Shown piece by piece: positions 11,372 to 24,859 of a DNA stretch of 64,000 bases. Within the stretch, counting starts at the first letter, position 1, and every line of letters begins with the position of its first letter. Source of the stretch: Candidatus Hydrogenedentota bacterium (GTDB taxonomy: Bacteria > Hydrogenedentota > Hydrogenedentia > Hydrogenedentales > SLHB01). The notes beneath the pieces were generated by a model, which was not told the DNA's origin, did no database searches, and saw only the letters and a program-made list of their open reading frames with translations. The stretch is from positions 864,001 through 928,000 of the forward strand of contig CAXXTH010000017.1 of the NCBI GenBank assembly GCA_963668025.2, read 5' to 3'. The position numbers and the translations under genes are program-made.

Positions 11372-12157
11372 TGCTTTTCCTCCTTAATAACTTGCCCTTT
11401 GCCCCTGTACGTTTCTCCCTGTTCACAACACACATTGTTAAGCAGCTCAACGGCGAAAAGAATGTGCTCTCCTAGCTATTTTCATAAAATACACTAAATA
11501 TATATTTTTCATTATTTGCGTTTAAGATACCACAAGAAATCGATTTTGGCAATCAAAAAATGCATCAAGAAATGCGAAAGAAATGCGAAAGAAAAGTGAT
11601 ATTCTGCATTACTAACGGGCAAAATCTTGTTTTCTGGCAAGGATATTTTGTGTAAGTCAAATCAAATAAAGTTGTTATAGCATACGATTTTTCATGATAT
11701 TTTGGCTGGCTCTTCTTTTGAATGGGGGCCAACCCCACCCTACCGCTATAAACTTTAGTGTATTTCGTGGTTGAAATCCGGATCTTTGGTTGCGGCTTTG
11801 CCGCGCTAGGTTCTTCGCGCCTTGTGCGTTGAAATGACTCCACTGCACCAAGCGGGTGAACCTGCGCATTCCATGTAACACGGCAATGATGCCTGCTTTC
11901 ATGGGTTAATGCGCCTTTTTGCCAGAAGGGGATGGGCCTTGCCCAGCGATTAGGGCGAAAAACAACAGCGCTTGCATGTTTTCCATGTGCTCGTATACGA
12001 TAGGGGTGCAGTGCAGGGGATGCATTCAAAAACATCTATTGGGCGCGCGTAACCGTTTTCGCCCGCCGATTTCACCTACTGAAAAGAGGTGCAATCCCAT
12101 CTTTGCGGACGCACGGTACACGAATCGCTGCACTATCCAGCAGAAGAAAGGGATATC

Positions 12158-14875
12158 TTGGCCTATCGGCTCTATCTTATTGATGGCAGCGCATTCGCGT
12201 ACCGGTCATTCTTCGCCATTCGCGGGCTCACGAATTCGAAAGGCGAACCCACTAACGCGGCATTTGGCTTTGCTCGAGTGCTGTTACGCATCCTGCGCGA
12301 GGAAGACCCCAGCCATGTGGCCGTCGTATTCGACGCGCCTGGCGGAACGTTCCGGGATGGCTGGTACCCCGAATACAAGGCCACGCGGCCTAAGACACCG
12401 GAAGAACTCGTCGTGCAAATGCCCATGCTCGACGCCTTAGTCGAAGCTTTCAACTTGCCTATGCTGCGAGTGCCCGGCGTCGAAGCCGATGATGTCATGG
12501 GCACATTGGCGGCGCAAGCGGCCCAAGCAGGCATGGAAACCGTCCTTGTGACGGGCGATAAGGATCTCCTCCAACTCGTTACCAGCGCCACGCGGGTCTA
12601 TGATCCGAATAAGGGCGATTCAGGCGCATGGTATGGCCCGGCGGAAGTGAAAGAACGTTTCGGCGTGGGGCCAGAACATGTGATCGACGCCCTCGGCCTC
12701 ATGGGCGATACGGCGGACAATATCCCCGGCGTGAAGGGCATCGGCGAAAAAACGGCCTTCAAGCTCCTCGAACAATACGGCTCCATCGAAGGCGTCTACG
12801 AACACCTCGATGAAATCAAAGGTAAAGTGCGCGAACGCCTCGAAGCGGACCGCGACATGGCTTTTCTCAGCCGCAAACTGGCCACTATCGTGACGGATAT
12901 CCCTCTTGAACTCGGCGTCGCGGACCTCGCGCGCCGGCCATTTGACCGCCAGCGCATGGCGGACATATTCGCCCGCCTCGAATTTCAATCGCTCCTGGAA
13001 GAATTCACACCCGACGCCGTGGAGACGGAAACGCTCGATTACCGCCTGATCATGACGGAAAAGGAACTCGATGCGGCCATCGTGGAGATGCGCGACGCGG
13101 GCGAATTCTCGGTCGATACGGAAACGACTTCGACGGAGCCTATGCGGGCTCGCCTCGTGGGAATCTCGTTAAGCTGCAAAGCTCAAACCGGCTATTATAT
13201 CCCCGTGGGGCATATTCACCCTTCGGACAGCCTTCTTGATATGGGGAACTCCGAAGCAGATGGGCCATCGCCTTCAGACCAATTGTCGCTGCCGCTGATC
13301 ATAAAAAAACTGGGGCCTTTGCTTGCGGACGCCTCGATTGGAAAAATCGGCCATAACATTAAGTACGACTTGATTGTGCTCGAACGGGCGGGTTTGCCGG
13401 TCCAAGGCGTCATCTTTGACACCATGGTTGCTTCCTATTTGACAGACCCCTCCCGTTTGAGGCATAATTTGAACGAAGTAAGCCTCCACTACCTCAAGCG
13501 TAAGACCATCCCCATATCCGATTTAATCGGAACGGGAGCAAAAGCTATCACCTTCGACCGTGTTCCCATCGCTCGAGCGTGTGAGTATGCATCCGAGGAC
13601 GCGGATATAGCGTGGCGGCTGGCGGCAGCATTAAGGCCGTTCTTACGTGAGCGCGGGTTGTATAGCCTCTTCGAGCAGGTCGAGTTGCCGCTCATAGGCG
13701 TGCTGGCGCGTATGGAAAAGGCCGGGATCGCCATTGATAGCAGTTTATTTGGCGCGCTCCGGCTCGAGGTGGAGAAACGTCTTGCTTCCCTTGGGGAAAG
13801 AATAATTGAAGCAGCCGGCGAATCGTTTCAAATAAACTCGCCCAAACAACTACAACACATCCTGTTTGACAAGCTCGGGCTGAAGCCCTTGCGCAAGACT
13901 AAAACAGGATACTCGACGGACATGGATGTCCTGGAGGAATTAGCGCTCGAACACCCGCTTCCTGCTCTCGTATTGGAATATCGGACACTCGAAAAACTGC
14001 GCGGAACGTATATTGACGCACTGCCCAAGCTCGTGAATCCAGAGACTGGCCGTATTCATACCTCGTTCAACCAAGCAGTGGCGGCCACCGGAAGGTTATC
14101 GAGCAGCGACCCGAATCTGCAGAACATTCCCGTGCGCACCGATATCGGGAAGCGCATCCGGCAAGGTTTCATTGCTCGAACGGGCGGCTGGAAATTGATT
14201 TCCGCCGACTACTCGCAAATTGAATTACGCATCCTGGCCCATTTATCGGGCGACGCCGCTTTGCGCGAGGCATTCCAGCAGGACGAAGATGTCCACCGCG
14301 ATACGGCCGCCCGCATTTTTGGCGTTCCGCCCGAACAGGTCACACCGGACATGCGCCGCCAAGCCAAAGCTGTAAATTTCGGCGTCGTTTATGGCATCAG
14401 CGCGTTTGGGCTCGCTAAAAACTTGGGCATATCAAATAAAGAAGCCGCGGATTTTATCGAACACTACTTCGCCCAATATCCAGCGGTGCAAACGTGGATC
14501 GACGCCACCATCGTTCAGGCGAAACAGGATGGATATGTGACGACGCTATTGAACCGGCGGCGGTATGTGCCGGAACTCGATGCATCGAACATGGCGGTGC
14601 GGCGCGGTGCGGAGCGGGTGGCTATCAACACCCCCGTGCAAGGCAGCGCGGCGGACATCATCAAGCTGGCCATGGTCCGGCTCGATGAAGCCATCGAGAG
14701 CACGCGGGCGCAACTACTGCTCCAAGTACATGACGAATTGCTGGTGGAAGCGCCCGAAGACGAAGCAGAGGAGACCGCCGCCCTCATGCGCGAACGCATG
14801 GAAACGGCGTTTAGCCTGGATGTGCCGTTAAAAGTCGATGTGGGCATCGGCGGCCATTGGGCGGAAATTCATTAA
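12158..14875 (+). CDS. polA: DNA polymerase I
   Basis: TTG start after an SD; LIDGSAFAYRSFF, EADDVMGTLA, SVDTETTS (3'-5' exo), TGRLSSSDPNLQNIP, ADYSQIELR, AKAVNFGVVYG, LQVHDELL. Confidence 0.98.
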   Translation: MAYRLYLIDGSAFAYRSFFAIRGLTNSKGEPTNAAFGFARVLLRILREEDPSHVAVVFDAPGGTFRDGWYPEYKATRPKTPEELVVQMPMLDALVEAFNLPMLRVPGVEADDVMGTLAAQAAQAGMETVLVTGDKDLLQLVTSATRVYDPNKGDSGAWYGPAEVKERFGVGPEHVIDALGLMGDTADNIPGVKGIGEKTAFKLLEQYGSIEGVYEHLDEIKGKVRERLEADRDMAFLSRKLATIVTDIPLELGVADLARRPFDRQRMADIFARLEFQSLLEEFTPDAVETETLDYRLIMTEKELDAAIVEMRDAGEFSVDTETTSTEPMRARLVGISLSCKAQTGYYIPVGHIHPSDSLLDMGNSEADGPSPSDQLSLPLIIKKLGPLLADASIGKIGHNIKYDLIVLERAGLPVQGVIFDTMVASYLTDPSRLRHNLNEVSLHYLKRKTIPISDLIGTGAKAITFDRVPIARACEYASEDADIAWRLAAALRPFLRERGLYSLFEQVELPLIGVLARMEKAGIAIDSSLFGALRLEVEKRLASLGERIIEAAGESFQINSPKQLQHILFDKLGLKPLRKTKTGYSTDMDVLEELALEHPLPALVLEYRTLEKLRGTYIDALPKLVNPETGRIHTSFNQAVAATGRLSSSDPNLQNIPVRTDIGKRIRQGFIARTGGWKLISADYSQIELRILAHLSGDAALREAFQQDEDVHRDTAARIFGVPPEQVTPDMRRQAKAVNFGVVYGISAFGLAKNLGISNKEAADFIEHYFAQYPAVQTWIDATIVQAKQDGYVTTLLNRRRYVPELDASNMAVRRGAERVAINTPVQGSAADIIKLAMVRLDEAIESTRAQLLLQVHDELLVEAPEDEAEETAALMRERMETAFSLDVPLKVDVGIGGHWAEIH

Positions 14876-15007
14876 TATAAGATGCCTCGTGAAATGTAAA
14901 TGCTGGCCCTTGTTATCTGTACATAATAGTTTCGGCTTAAACGCTTTGCGCGCTATGTTGGACGCGGGCAAGGTTTCCCCGAAAGCAAAGAATCGAAAGG
15001 ATTATGA

Positions 15008-16510
15008 ATGTCCGAGCACAACGAAAACGGCAAACCCCAGCCGAAACCGCGCACCCGTGTTGCGCGGCCTTCGGGCAACGGCGGACGCACTACAACCCGC
15101 AACTATCGGGGCCGCCCGGCGGCGAGCAGCAGGACCCAAGCTCCTGTTTCGGAAAGTGCGGCGCCTATCGAGCAGCCTAAAGCCACGGAGACCGCTGTCA
15201 TAAATGCCAGCGAGGGCGAAAAACCGAACGGCGGCCAGCCCGTATCTCCAGCGCCTGAGATCTCCATCGGCGCTCTCAAGCGGATGACCATGACCGAGCT
15301 GACCAATGCGGCCCGCGAGCTAAATATCGAGAACTACAGCGGCCTCAAAAAACAAGATTTGATCTTCAAAATCCTCCAGTCGAGCATCGAGTCTTCCGGA
15401 GCCCTCTACGGCGAAGGCACCCTCGAGATCCTGCCGGATGGATTCGGGTTCTTGCGCTCGGTGGACTACTCGTACCTGCCGGGGCCAGACGATATTTATG
15501 TGTCGCCTTCGCAGATTCGTAAATTCGGATTGCGCACAGGCGACTCCATCCAAGGCCATGTGCGCCCGCCGAAAGAAGGCGAACGTTATTTCGCCTTGCT
15601 GAAAGTCGAGGCCATCAATTTCGAGAGCCCCGAGATGGCCCGCGAGCGCATCCTCTTCGACAACCTGACGCCCATCCATCCGAATGAGCGATTGCATCTC
15701 GAAACCACGCAAAAAGAGATCGCCATGCGCGTCATGGACCTCATTTCGCCCATCGGCAAGGGCCAGCGCGGCCTTATCGTGGCGGCTCCCTTCACCGGCA
15801 AAACAGTGCTCCTGCAAAAGATCGCCAATAGCATCACGCAGAACCACCCGGAAGCCTATGTCATGGTGCTGCTCATCGACGAGCGCCCGGAAGAAGTGAC
15901 CGACATGGCCCGCTCGGTGAAAGGCGAGGTCATCGCCTCGACCTTCGACGAACCGCCCGAGCGCCACGTGCAAGTCGCTGAAATGGTCCTCGAGAAGGCC
16001 CGCCGCCTCACCGAGCACAAGCGCGACGTGGTGATCCTCCTCGACTCGATCACGCGCCTCGCCCGCGCGTATAACACCATCGTTCCATCGAGCGGCAAGG
16101 TGCTCTCGGGCGGCGTGGACGCCAACGCCCTCCAGCGGCCCAAGCGCTTCTTCGGCGCGGCCCGCAATATGGAGGAAGGCGGCAGCCTCACCATTCTCGC
16201 CACGGCCCTCATCGAGACGGGCAGCCGCATGGACGACGTGATCTTCGAAGAATTCAAAGGCACGGGCAACATGGAGATCCACCTGGACCGCCGCCTAATG
16301 GAGAAACGCATCTTCCCCGCCATCGACGTGCTCAAGAGCCGCACGCGCAAGGAAGAGCTGCTGGTCCAGGCCGACGAACTCGAACGCATCTGGCTCATGC
16401 TCAAAGTCCTCGGCGGCCTCAGCGCCCTGGAAGCCACGGAACTATTGGTCGAACGCCTGAAAAAATCCAAGACCAACGCCGAGTTCCTAGCCACGATGCA
16501 GAAGATGTAG
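15008..16510 (+). CDS. rho: Transcription termination factor Rho
   Basis: [56 protein letters not shown]; low-complexity N-terminal extension. Confidence 0.98.
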   Translation: MSEHNENGKPQPKPRTRVARPSGNGGRTTTRNYRGRPAASSRTQAPVSESAAPIEQPKATETAVINASEGEKPNGGQPVSPAPEISIGALKRMTMTELTNAARELNIENYSGLKKQDLIFKILQSSIESSGALYGEGTLEILPDGFGFLRSVDYSYLPGPDDIYVSPSQIRKFGLRTGDSIQGHVRPPKEGERYFALLKVEAINFESPEMARERILFDNLTPIHPNERLHLETTQKEIAMRVMDLISPIGKGQRGLIVAAPFTGKTVLLQKIANSITQNHPEAYVMVLLIDERPEEVTDMARSVKGEVIASTFDEPPERHVQVAEMVLEKARRLTEHKRDVVILLDSITRLARAYNTIVPSSGKVLSGGVDANALQRPKRFFGAARNMEEGGSLTILATALIETGSRMDDVIFEEFKGTGNMEIHLDRRLMEKRIFPAIDVLKSRTRKEELLVQADELERIWLMLKVLGGLSALEATELLVERLKKSKTNAEFLATMQKM

Positions 16511-16537
16511 GCGCGTTCCGTATTAGGGAGCCTGTGA

Positions 16538-18196
16538 ATGGACATTAATGTCAGCATTGTCGATCAGCGCCTGGCGGGCCTGATGGATGAGTATGCCGCT
16601 TCCCTGCCCGGAGAAGGAGATCTAGTTAAGCGCAAATCAGCGGCGTTTGTATTGCTCAGCATGGCCTCCATGCTGGATATACCGCTGGATGAAGCGCTGG
16701 AGCTCTTGACGGAGGGAGGCGGCGATGCGGGTGTGGACGGTCTTCATATTGGTGAAGTGCTGAACGATGAATTTGCCGTGACATTGTTTCAAGGCAAATA
16801 CAAGCAAGATCTGAGCGGCGAGGGCAATTTTCCGGAAAACGACATACGCAAGATGATCAATACGGTTTCCGTGCTGTTTGATCCCCAAAAAGTCGTGGAG
16901 CTGAATCCAAAACTAGCCCCAAGAATCGAGGAGATCCGTTCGCTGGTTCGGGATGGATACATCCCCAACCTCCGGGTTGTGTTTTGCAACAACGGAAAGC
17001 CCTGGACTAGCCAGGCCCAGGCATGGATAAACCAATCAGGACTCGATCCGCAACAGGTGGAGTGGGTTCATTGGAACCATGATTCCATCGTCTCGGTCAT
17101 GCGAAAAAAGAAGGCGGTGGCCCACACCCTTCGGTTGACCGGGAAAGCGCTCGTCGAGGATTTCAATTTTCGGCGGGTGCTTGTTGGGAAAACACCAGTA
17201 ACGGAAATCGCCGACTTATTCCGGGAGCACGGGGATTTATTGCTGGAACGCAATATTCGCCGGTACCTGGGCCTTCGCGCCAACCGGGTCAATTTTGATA
17301 TCCATAGAACCTTACGAGATCCCAAACAGCGAGAGAATTTTTACTTCTACAACAATGGCATCACCATCATCTGCAAGAAATTCCGGCATAACGCCCTGCA
17401 AGGGGAAAACTACCAAGTCGTACTCGAGGACATGCAGATCATCAATGGCGGGCAAACGTGCAGGACTATCCAGCAAACTCTCGCTGATCCAGAATTGTTT
17501 GATCAATTCGACCAGGTGTATGTGCTGGTGCGTATCTACGAGTTGTCCGATGATGACCGTTCTTTTGTTCAAGCTATAACCTATGCTACCAATAGCCAAA
17601 ATCCCGTTGAACTGCGGGATCTGCGCTCGAACGACGAGATCCAAGTCCAGTTGGAATTGGGCATGAAGGAACTAGGATATACCTACAAGCGGCAGCGCGA
17701 TGATTCTGTAACGGGCGACAAGGTGATCACTAGTTCGGCGGTGGCGGAGAGCGTGCTGGCGATCTGGCGACATCTTCCTCATCAGGCCCGGCACCGGCGT
17801 AAGGAGCATTTCGGCGCTTACTACAATATGATTTTTAGGGACCTGAACGCCGCCCAAGCCGTGCTTGCGGTGTTGATCATGCGGTATGTTGAAAATGAAC
17901 GCAAAAGGCCTGCAATGACGAATCCGCCTCGCTTTCTCCCATATGCGTCGCACTATATTGCGATGTTAATAGGTATTTTTCTTACACAAAGTGAATCTCT
18001 GGAAATCACACATAGGAATTTTGGTGAATTAGTGCAATCATTCAACCAAAAAGTAGATGATGTCTATTTGAACGCTATTGCGCTCCTCGATAGGGCCATG
18101 GGGGCTTTATATGGGGATAGGCAAGTATCGTTACAGCAATTATCAGCTACCTTTCGCCGTGGAGATCTGTTATCTTTTGTGTTGAAGCCGCAATAA
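16538..18196 (+). CDS. AIPR family protein (abortive infection phage resistance)
   Basis: [14 protein letters not shown]-terminal region; [50 protein letters not shown]. Confidence 0.9.
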   Translation: MDINVSIVDQRLAGLMDEYAASLPGEGDLVKRKSAAFVLLSMASMLDIPLDEALELLTEGGGDAGVDGLHIGEVLNDEFAVTLFQGKYKQDLSGEGNFPENDIRKMINTVSVLFDPQKVVELNPKLAPRIEEIRSLVRDGYIPNLRVVFCNNGKPWTSQAQAWINQSGLDPQQVEWVHWNHDSIVSVMRKKKAVAHTLRLTGKALVEDFNFRRVLVGKTPVTEIADLFREHGDLLLERNIRRYLGLRANRVNFDIHRTLRDPKQRENFYFYNNGITIICKKFRHNALQGENYQVVLEDMQIINGGQTCRTIQQTLADPELFDQFDQVYVLVRIYELSDDDRSFVQAITYATNSQNPVELRDLRSNDEIQVQLELGMKELGYTYKRQRDDSVTGDKVITSSAVAESVLAIWRHLPHQARHRRKEHFGAYYNMIFRDLNAAQAVLAVLIMRYVENERKRPAMTNPPRFLPYASHYIAMLIGIFLTQSESLEITHRNFGELVQSFNQKVDDVYLNAIALLDRAMGALYGDRQVSLQQLSATFRRGDLLSFVLKPQ

Positions 18197-18350
18197 TCCA
18201 ATAGACGTCTTTCTTTCCGCTCGGGTGCAAATCGTAAAGGCAGGAAAGGAAGACTGTTTTTTTGTACTAAAGCCGCGGAAGGAAATGTATACCTTTGCAT
18301 AAATTGTGTTTTTATGATTAAGAATCGATGCGGACATCAGGAGCAATACC

Positions 18351-19553
18351 ATGGAACGACCTTATGATGTAATGGCGGCGGGGCATTTGTGTTTGGATGT
18401 CATTCCACGTTTTCCCGACACGGGCGCGAAGACGATAGGCGATATTATCCGGCCGGGCAAATTAGTCGAGATGGAAGAAGTGAAAATGTGCACCGGCGGG
18501 CCGGTGTCGAATACGGGCATCAACCTGAAAACGCTGGGCTGCAAGCTTATCTACTGCGCACGCATCGGCGATGACGAATTTGGCCGCCTCACGCGGGCCT
18601 TCCTTGAACAAAATGGCAATGCCGGCGGCATTCATGTGGTCCAAGGCAGCGCCAGCTCGTACACCATCGCCCTCGCCCCCCCAGGCATTGACCGCGTTTT
18701 CCTGCACAATCCCGGCACAAACCACGAATTTGGCCCGGAAGACTTGCAGCCGGAACTGATCGCACAATGTCGGCATTTCCATTTCGGCTATCCGCCGCTC
18801 ATGCGGCGTATGTTTGAAAACGACGGCATGAGCCTCCAGCAAATATTTAAAACAGCCAAAGAAGCAGGCGCCACCACCTCGCTCGATATGGCGCTTCCAG
18901 ATCCAGATTCGGCTTCCGGCAAGGCTCCTTGGATGAAGATCCTCGAAAACATTCTGCCTTATGTTGATATTTGCCTGCCTTCCATCGAGGAAGTCTTCTT
19001 CATGCTCGAACCTAAAAGCTTCCTCCGCATGAAAGAAGAAAAGGGCGGTGCGGAACTGATTGATTTCCTTAGCTCCGCGGATTACACACGCCTCGCGGAT
19101 AGGCTTCTCAGCTTGGGCTGCAAAATGACCGCGCTCAAATCGGGCCATCGTGGATTCTACTTTAAAACCAAATCGAAGGATGCGTTCGCGGGCATGGGCG
19201 CGGCAAAACCTGGCGATATGGACGCCTGGAGTGCGCGCGAATTGTGGTGTCCGGCGTTCAACGCCCCCAACCTCGCCAGCGCCACAGGCTCGGGCGATTC
19301 CTCCATCGCGGGATTTATCGCGGCCTTCTTGCGCGGCAATACGCTCGAGACGAGCCTCAAGTACGCCAACATGGTGGGCTGGGAGAACGTGCAGGAACTC
19401 GACGCCATCAGCGGCATCCAAACCTGGGAGCGCACCACGGAGCTGCTTGGTGAGAAGAAGCCCATGAATGAGGTGCATATCAATAACTCCGGCTGGAAAT
19501 GGTCGGATAAATATGAGTTGTGGGCGGCTCCAGGCGATCCGCTCCACGCATAG
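18351..19553 (+). CDS. PfkB-family carbohydrate kinase
   Basis: GHLCLD, TGGPVSNTG, IGDDEFG, ASATGSGDSSIAGF. Confidence 0.9.
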   Translation: MERPYDVMAAGHLCLDVIPRFPDTGAKTIGDIIRPGKLVEMEEVKMCTGGPVSNTGINLKTLGCKLIYCARIGDDEFGRLTRAFLEQNGNAGGIHVVQGSASSYTIALAPPGIDRVFLHNPGTNHEFGPEDLQPELIAQCRHFHFGYPPLMRRMFENDGMSLQQIFKTAKEAGATTSLDMALPDPDSASGKAPWMKILENILPYVDICLPSIEEVFFMLEPKSFLRMKEEKGGAELIDFLSSADYTRLADRLLSLGCKMTALKSGHRGFYFKTKSKDAFAGMGAAKPGDMDAWSARELWCPAFNAPNLASATGSGDSSIAGFIAAFLRGNTLETSLKYANMVGWENVQELDAISGIQTWERTTELLGEKKPMNEVHINNSGWKWSDKYELWAAPGDPLHA

Positions 19554-19575
19554 CATCATGTATTTCCCACAGTTG

Positions 19576-19608
19576 GAGAGGCTTTTCTACGGAGAAGCCT
19601 CTCTTTTT
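19576..19608 (+). terminator. Intrinsic terminator of the pfkB-like gene; group IIC intron target
   Basis: gagaggcttttc-TACG-gagaagcctctc-ttttt immediately before the intron 5' end. Confidence 0.85.
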
Positions 19609-21502
<1,894 letters not shown>

Positions 21503-21552
21503 TGTGAGAGTGGTTCACGATTGGATGCAACAAGCAAATGGATTCCACTCTT

Positions 21553-21604
21553 CCGTAGCATGGCCGTCTCGGCCATGCACATGGGCGGGACGCCCATGCT
21601 ACGG
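21553..21604. repeat. REP doublet (GTAGCATGGGCGTCYCGCCCATG family)
   Basis: ccgtagcatggccgtctcggccatg-ca-catgggcgggacgcccatgctacgg. Confidence 0.85.
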
Positions 21605-21671
21605 CACAAAACCCCGCGCTCGAATCATGCCGGTGGTTTCCGGTAAGATCACCCAACAGGAACGATCTTTC

Positions 21672-22778
21672 ATGCGGGCCAGGTTTCCCGCTTACCCTAC
21701 GGATGATGATGTGGCGGCGGCCAATCGGATAAGGCAGTTGCAACGGGCTTTGCTGGAATGGTACCGGCGGGAGGCCCGCGATTTGCCATGGCGGCGCACC
21801 AGCGATCCGTACGCCATATGGCTCTCCGAGATCATTCTCCAGCAAACCCGCGTCGATCAGGGGCTGCCTTATTATGAACGCTTTCTGGCGGCATTCCCCG
21901 ATACCGCATCCTTGGCCGCCGCATCCCTTGACCACGTGCTCAAGCTTTGGGAGGGGCTCGGCTACTATTCCCGCGCCCGCAATTTGCACCGCTGCGCCCA
22001 AGTCATCGCGGAACAATACGCCGGAAAATTCCCCGCGACGGTCGAGGAGCTCCTTGCCCTGCCCGGCATCGGACCTTATACGGCGGGAGCCATCGCCAGC
22101 ATCGCCTACGGTGTTCGCGCGCCCGTCTTGGATGGCAATGTAATCCGCGTGCTGGCGCGCGTTTTTAATTTAGACGCTTGCACGGATGAATTGGCGACGC
22201 GCCGTGAACTCTGGCGAATGGCAAAAACGCTGGTGCCCGCCGATGCGCCCGGTGATTTCAACCAGGCGGTGATGGAGCTTGGCGCACGCATTTGTACGCC
22301 GCGCACGCCACGCTGCGATGAATGCCCCATCGCGGAGGCATGCCAGGCGCGCAAGACGGACGAGCAAGATAAACGCCCCGTCCGCCGACGGCGTCCCGAA
22401 GCGCCGCATCAGGAAATTGTAGTGGCCGTGATCCGGCGCAAAGACGAATATCTGCTGGGAAAGCGGCCTCCCACCGGCCTTCTTGGAGGCTTATGGGAAT
22501 TCCCCGGCGGGAAGGTCGAGCCCGGCGAGACGCATCAACTGGCGCTTCGGCGCGAAGTGCGGGAAGAATTGGGCGTGGAAGTGAAAGTGGGCAAGCTTAT
22601 CGCCTGCGTGAACCACGCCTACACCCATCTGCGGGTTACGCTCAACGTATATGCTTGCACGCTTTCCGAGGGCGAACCCCAACCCCAGACACATGTCGAG
22701 CTCAAGTGGGCGAAGCGCGAGGATTTCCCGCGCTTCGCCTTTCCCAAAGCGAATCATAAATTTCTGGCGCTCGTGTAA
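21672..22778 (+). CDS. mutY: A/G-specific adenine glycosylase with C-terminal NUDIX domain
   Basis: RDLPWR, WLSEIILQQT, WEGLGYYSRARNLH, LPGIGPYTAGA, 4Fe-4S CTPRTPRCDECPIAEAC, LWEFPGGK. Confidence 0.97.
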   Translation: MRARFPAYPTDDDVAAANRIRQLQRALLEWYRREARDLPWRRTSDPYAIWLSEIILQQTRVDQGLPYYERFLAAFPDTASLAAASLDHVLKLWEGLGYYSRARNLHRCAQVIAEQYAGKFPATVEELLALPGIGPYTAGAIASIAYGVRAPVLDGNVIRVLARVFNLDACTDELATRRELWRMAKTLVPADAPGDFNQAVMELGARICTPRTPRCDECPIAEACQARKTDEQDKRPVRRRRPEAPHQEIVVAVIRRKDEYLLGKRPPTGLLGGLWEFPGGKVEPGETHQLALRREVREELGVEVKVGKLIACVNHAYTHLRVTLNVYACTLSEGEPQPQTHVELKWAKREDFPRFAFPKANHKFLALV

Positions 22779-22793
22779 GCCGCGCCTCGTGTA

Positions 22794-23063
22794 TTAGGAT
22801 TCGTGGCCGAATTCGAGGAGCTGCACCTCAAGGCCATCCACGGCTTCCAGCTTCACCTTGAGTTCACGGCATTTCTGTTCGTCGCCGAACATCTCGAGCA
22901 AAATCACCCCGCCCGGCGAACAAAAATTATCATGCACTTCATGCAAGCCAATGCGGGTCTTGATGTAGCACCCAAATTCCGAAAACAGATTTTGAAGGAG
23001 CGTGGCGTCTTTCATGCGATTGCGCACATGAATACCCATGACGATATGCTTGTTTCCAACCAT
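22794..23063 (-). CDS. Small ACT-like protein (TM1266/iron-only hydrogenase regulator-like)
   Basis: 89 aa, GIHVRNR..LQNLFSEFGCYIKTRIGLHEV..CSPGGVILLE; SD GGAGG. Confidence 0.65.
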   Translation of the reverse strand: MVGNKHIVMGIHVRNRMKDATLLQNLFSEFGCYIKTRIGLHEVHDNFCSPGGVILLEMFGDEQKCRELKVKLEAVDGLEVQLLEFGHES

Positions 23064-23318
23064 TTTGTGGCCTCCTATATCAGCTTGATTTCCCGCCTAT
23101 GATTATACCTATACGCCGCACGCGCTGGAACCTATTTGTTTAGGACAATGGAATGCGTCAATCCTGCCTGCTCAATAAAATAAAAAATCCACTGTTTTCA
23201 AAATCATCGCCACATACGTCCCAAGAGACTCAGCAGAAAAAACAACCGCACTCTTGCGTTCTCTTTGTGCTTCTTGTGGCAGTTAAATCCTTGTGCATGT
23301 TCCTTCTTGCTTCGCTGC

Positions 23319-24638
23319 TCAGTCCGCCGCTTCATGGCGATCTAGAGGGATATGGAATGCAAACTCCGCCCAGCGGCCTTCTTCCGATTGCGCCGCGATT
23401 GCGCCGCCATGGGCCTCGATAATGCGCCAGGTGGTGTACAGGCCGACGCCAGTGCCTTTTTGCTTCATCAGCTCCGGTTTTTGGATGCGCGAGAATTTGC
23501 GGAATAGCTTGTTACGCTGGTCTTCTGGGAATCCTGGCCCTTCATTCCATACGCCCACCTGCAACTGGCCTTCGGCTGCTTCCGTTTTTATCCGGATAAG
23601 GCCCTTTGGATATCCGTATTTAACGGCGTTTCCCAGCAAATTGGCCATCACGATTTTCATGAGGTGCGGATCGCATTCGAGCAGCGGTTCCGGGGCGGGA
23701 AATTGCTTCTCGATACGCATCGCTTGATGCTCGAATTGTGGGCGAACCAGCTCGAACGCAGGTTCCACGATATCTTCACTAAAATGCACTTCCTCATACG
23801 ATGGTTTGAGCTGCCCGGATTCGATGTGGGCGTAATCGAGATATTCGCCCACCAGGTTCATCAGGTATTCCGCCTTGTGGGCCATGCGCTCGATGGATTC
23901 CTGTTGTTTAGGCTCGAGCGCGCCGACATAGCCTTGTGTCATGAGGCGCGCATCCATGATGAGCGAGGCCAGCGGGCTTTTCAATTCATGGCTGACGAAT
24001 CCGAGCATTTCCGTATACGCGCGATTGGCGTTTTCAAGCTGCTCGATGCGCCATGCTTTCTCGACCGCCTGGCTAATCCGTTCGGCCATCGCGAGGTGGA
24101 GCATCGCATGGCGGGCCGTGTAGCTATGAGGCGCGCGCGAACTGCGAAACAGAAAACCTACCGGGCGGCCTTCCACCACCAAAGGGCATGTCATGCTCGA
24201 ACATACCCCTTCCTCAATCAGCAAGCGCGTGGATTCGCTCGATGGTTTCCGTTTGAAATACGCATCGAGGTCATGAATGATGCGCAACCGGCCTGTCTTG
24301 AGCACGGCGGCGAGCGAGCTGCCGCGCATATCCGCCGCATAACCTTTATCCAAGCATAGCGGGCCATACAGGGCTACGGCATGATGGGACACCACCCGCT
24401 TGCCTCCATCTTCCAGGAACGCCACGCTTACACGGTCGCATGGCGTGACGCCGCGCGTCGCTTCGAAGAGGAACGTGATGATATCCGCCAGCGATTCTCC
24501 TGCTGCAATACGGCGGTTTACTTCATGGGCGGCAGCGAGTTCAGCAGGCGGCAGGGCTACCGCATCGGCTCGGAGTTTCGCCGGATCGATATATTCGAGT
24601 ATATGCGGTTCATGCTTGGCCATCAGGTGTCCCGTCAT
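23319..24638 (-). CDS. GAF-domain sensor histidine kinase (cytoplasmic)
   Basis: GAF SSMTCPLVVEGRPVGFL, H-box VSHELKSPL, NLLGNAVKY, GTGVGL; start uncertain (24638 or 24623). Confidence 0.9.
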   Translation of the reverse strand: MTGHLMAKHEPHILEYIDPAKLRADAVALPPAELAAAHEVNRRIAAGESLADIITFLFEATRGVTPCDRVSVAFLEDGGKRVVSHHAVALYGPLCLDKGYAADMRGSSLAAVLKTGRLRIIHDLDAYFKRKPSSESTRLLIEEGVCSSMTCPLVVEGRPVGFLFRSSRAPHSYTARHAMLHLAMAERISQAVEKAWRIEQLENANRAYTEMLGFVSHELKSPLASLIMDARLMTQGYVGALEPKQQESIERMAHKAEYLMNLVGEYLDYAHIESGQLKPSYEEVHFSEDIVEPAFELVRPQFEHQAMRIEKQFPAPEPLLECDPHLMKIVMANLLGNAVKYGYPKGLIRIKTEAAEGQLQVGVWNEGPGFPEDQRNKLFRKFSRIQKPELMKQKGTGVGLYTTWRIIEAHGGAIAAQSEEGRWAEFAFHIPLDRHEAAD

Positions 24639-24795
24639 TTGGCGCAATAAATGTGTTGTATAGTGTCCCAAAACAAGGGCGAAATACAATAGTTTCCCGC
24701 TTCTGGGCGGGAAACAGGCCGAATGCGGCCAGCGCTTCATTGTTTTCCGCCCGGAATAGTTTTCAACTGTTTTTACTTGTACTTAAGAATTTTGC

Positions 24796-24823
24796 TCAAG
24801 CCCGCCATCCATTCTGCCGATAT
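24796..24823 (+). promoter_or_regulatory. Sigma28 (FliA)-type promoter
   Basis: TCAAG-N15-GCCGATAT, 36 bp upstream of the 24860 start. Confidence 0.65.
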
Positions 24824-24859
24824 ACGTAATGGACAACAGCTATAATCAGGAGACATGAG

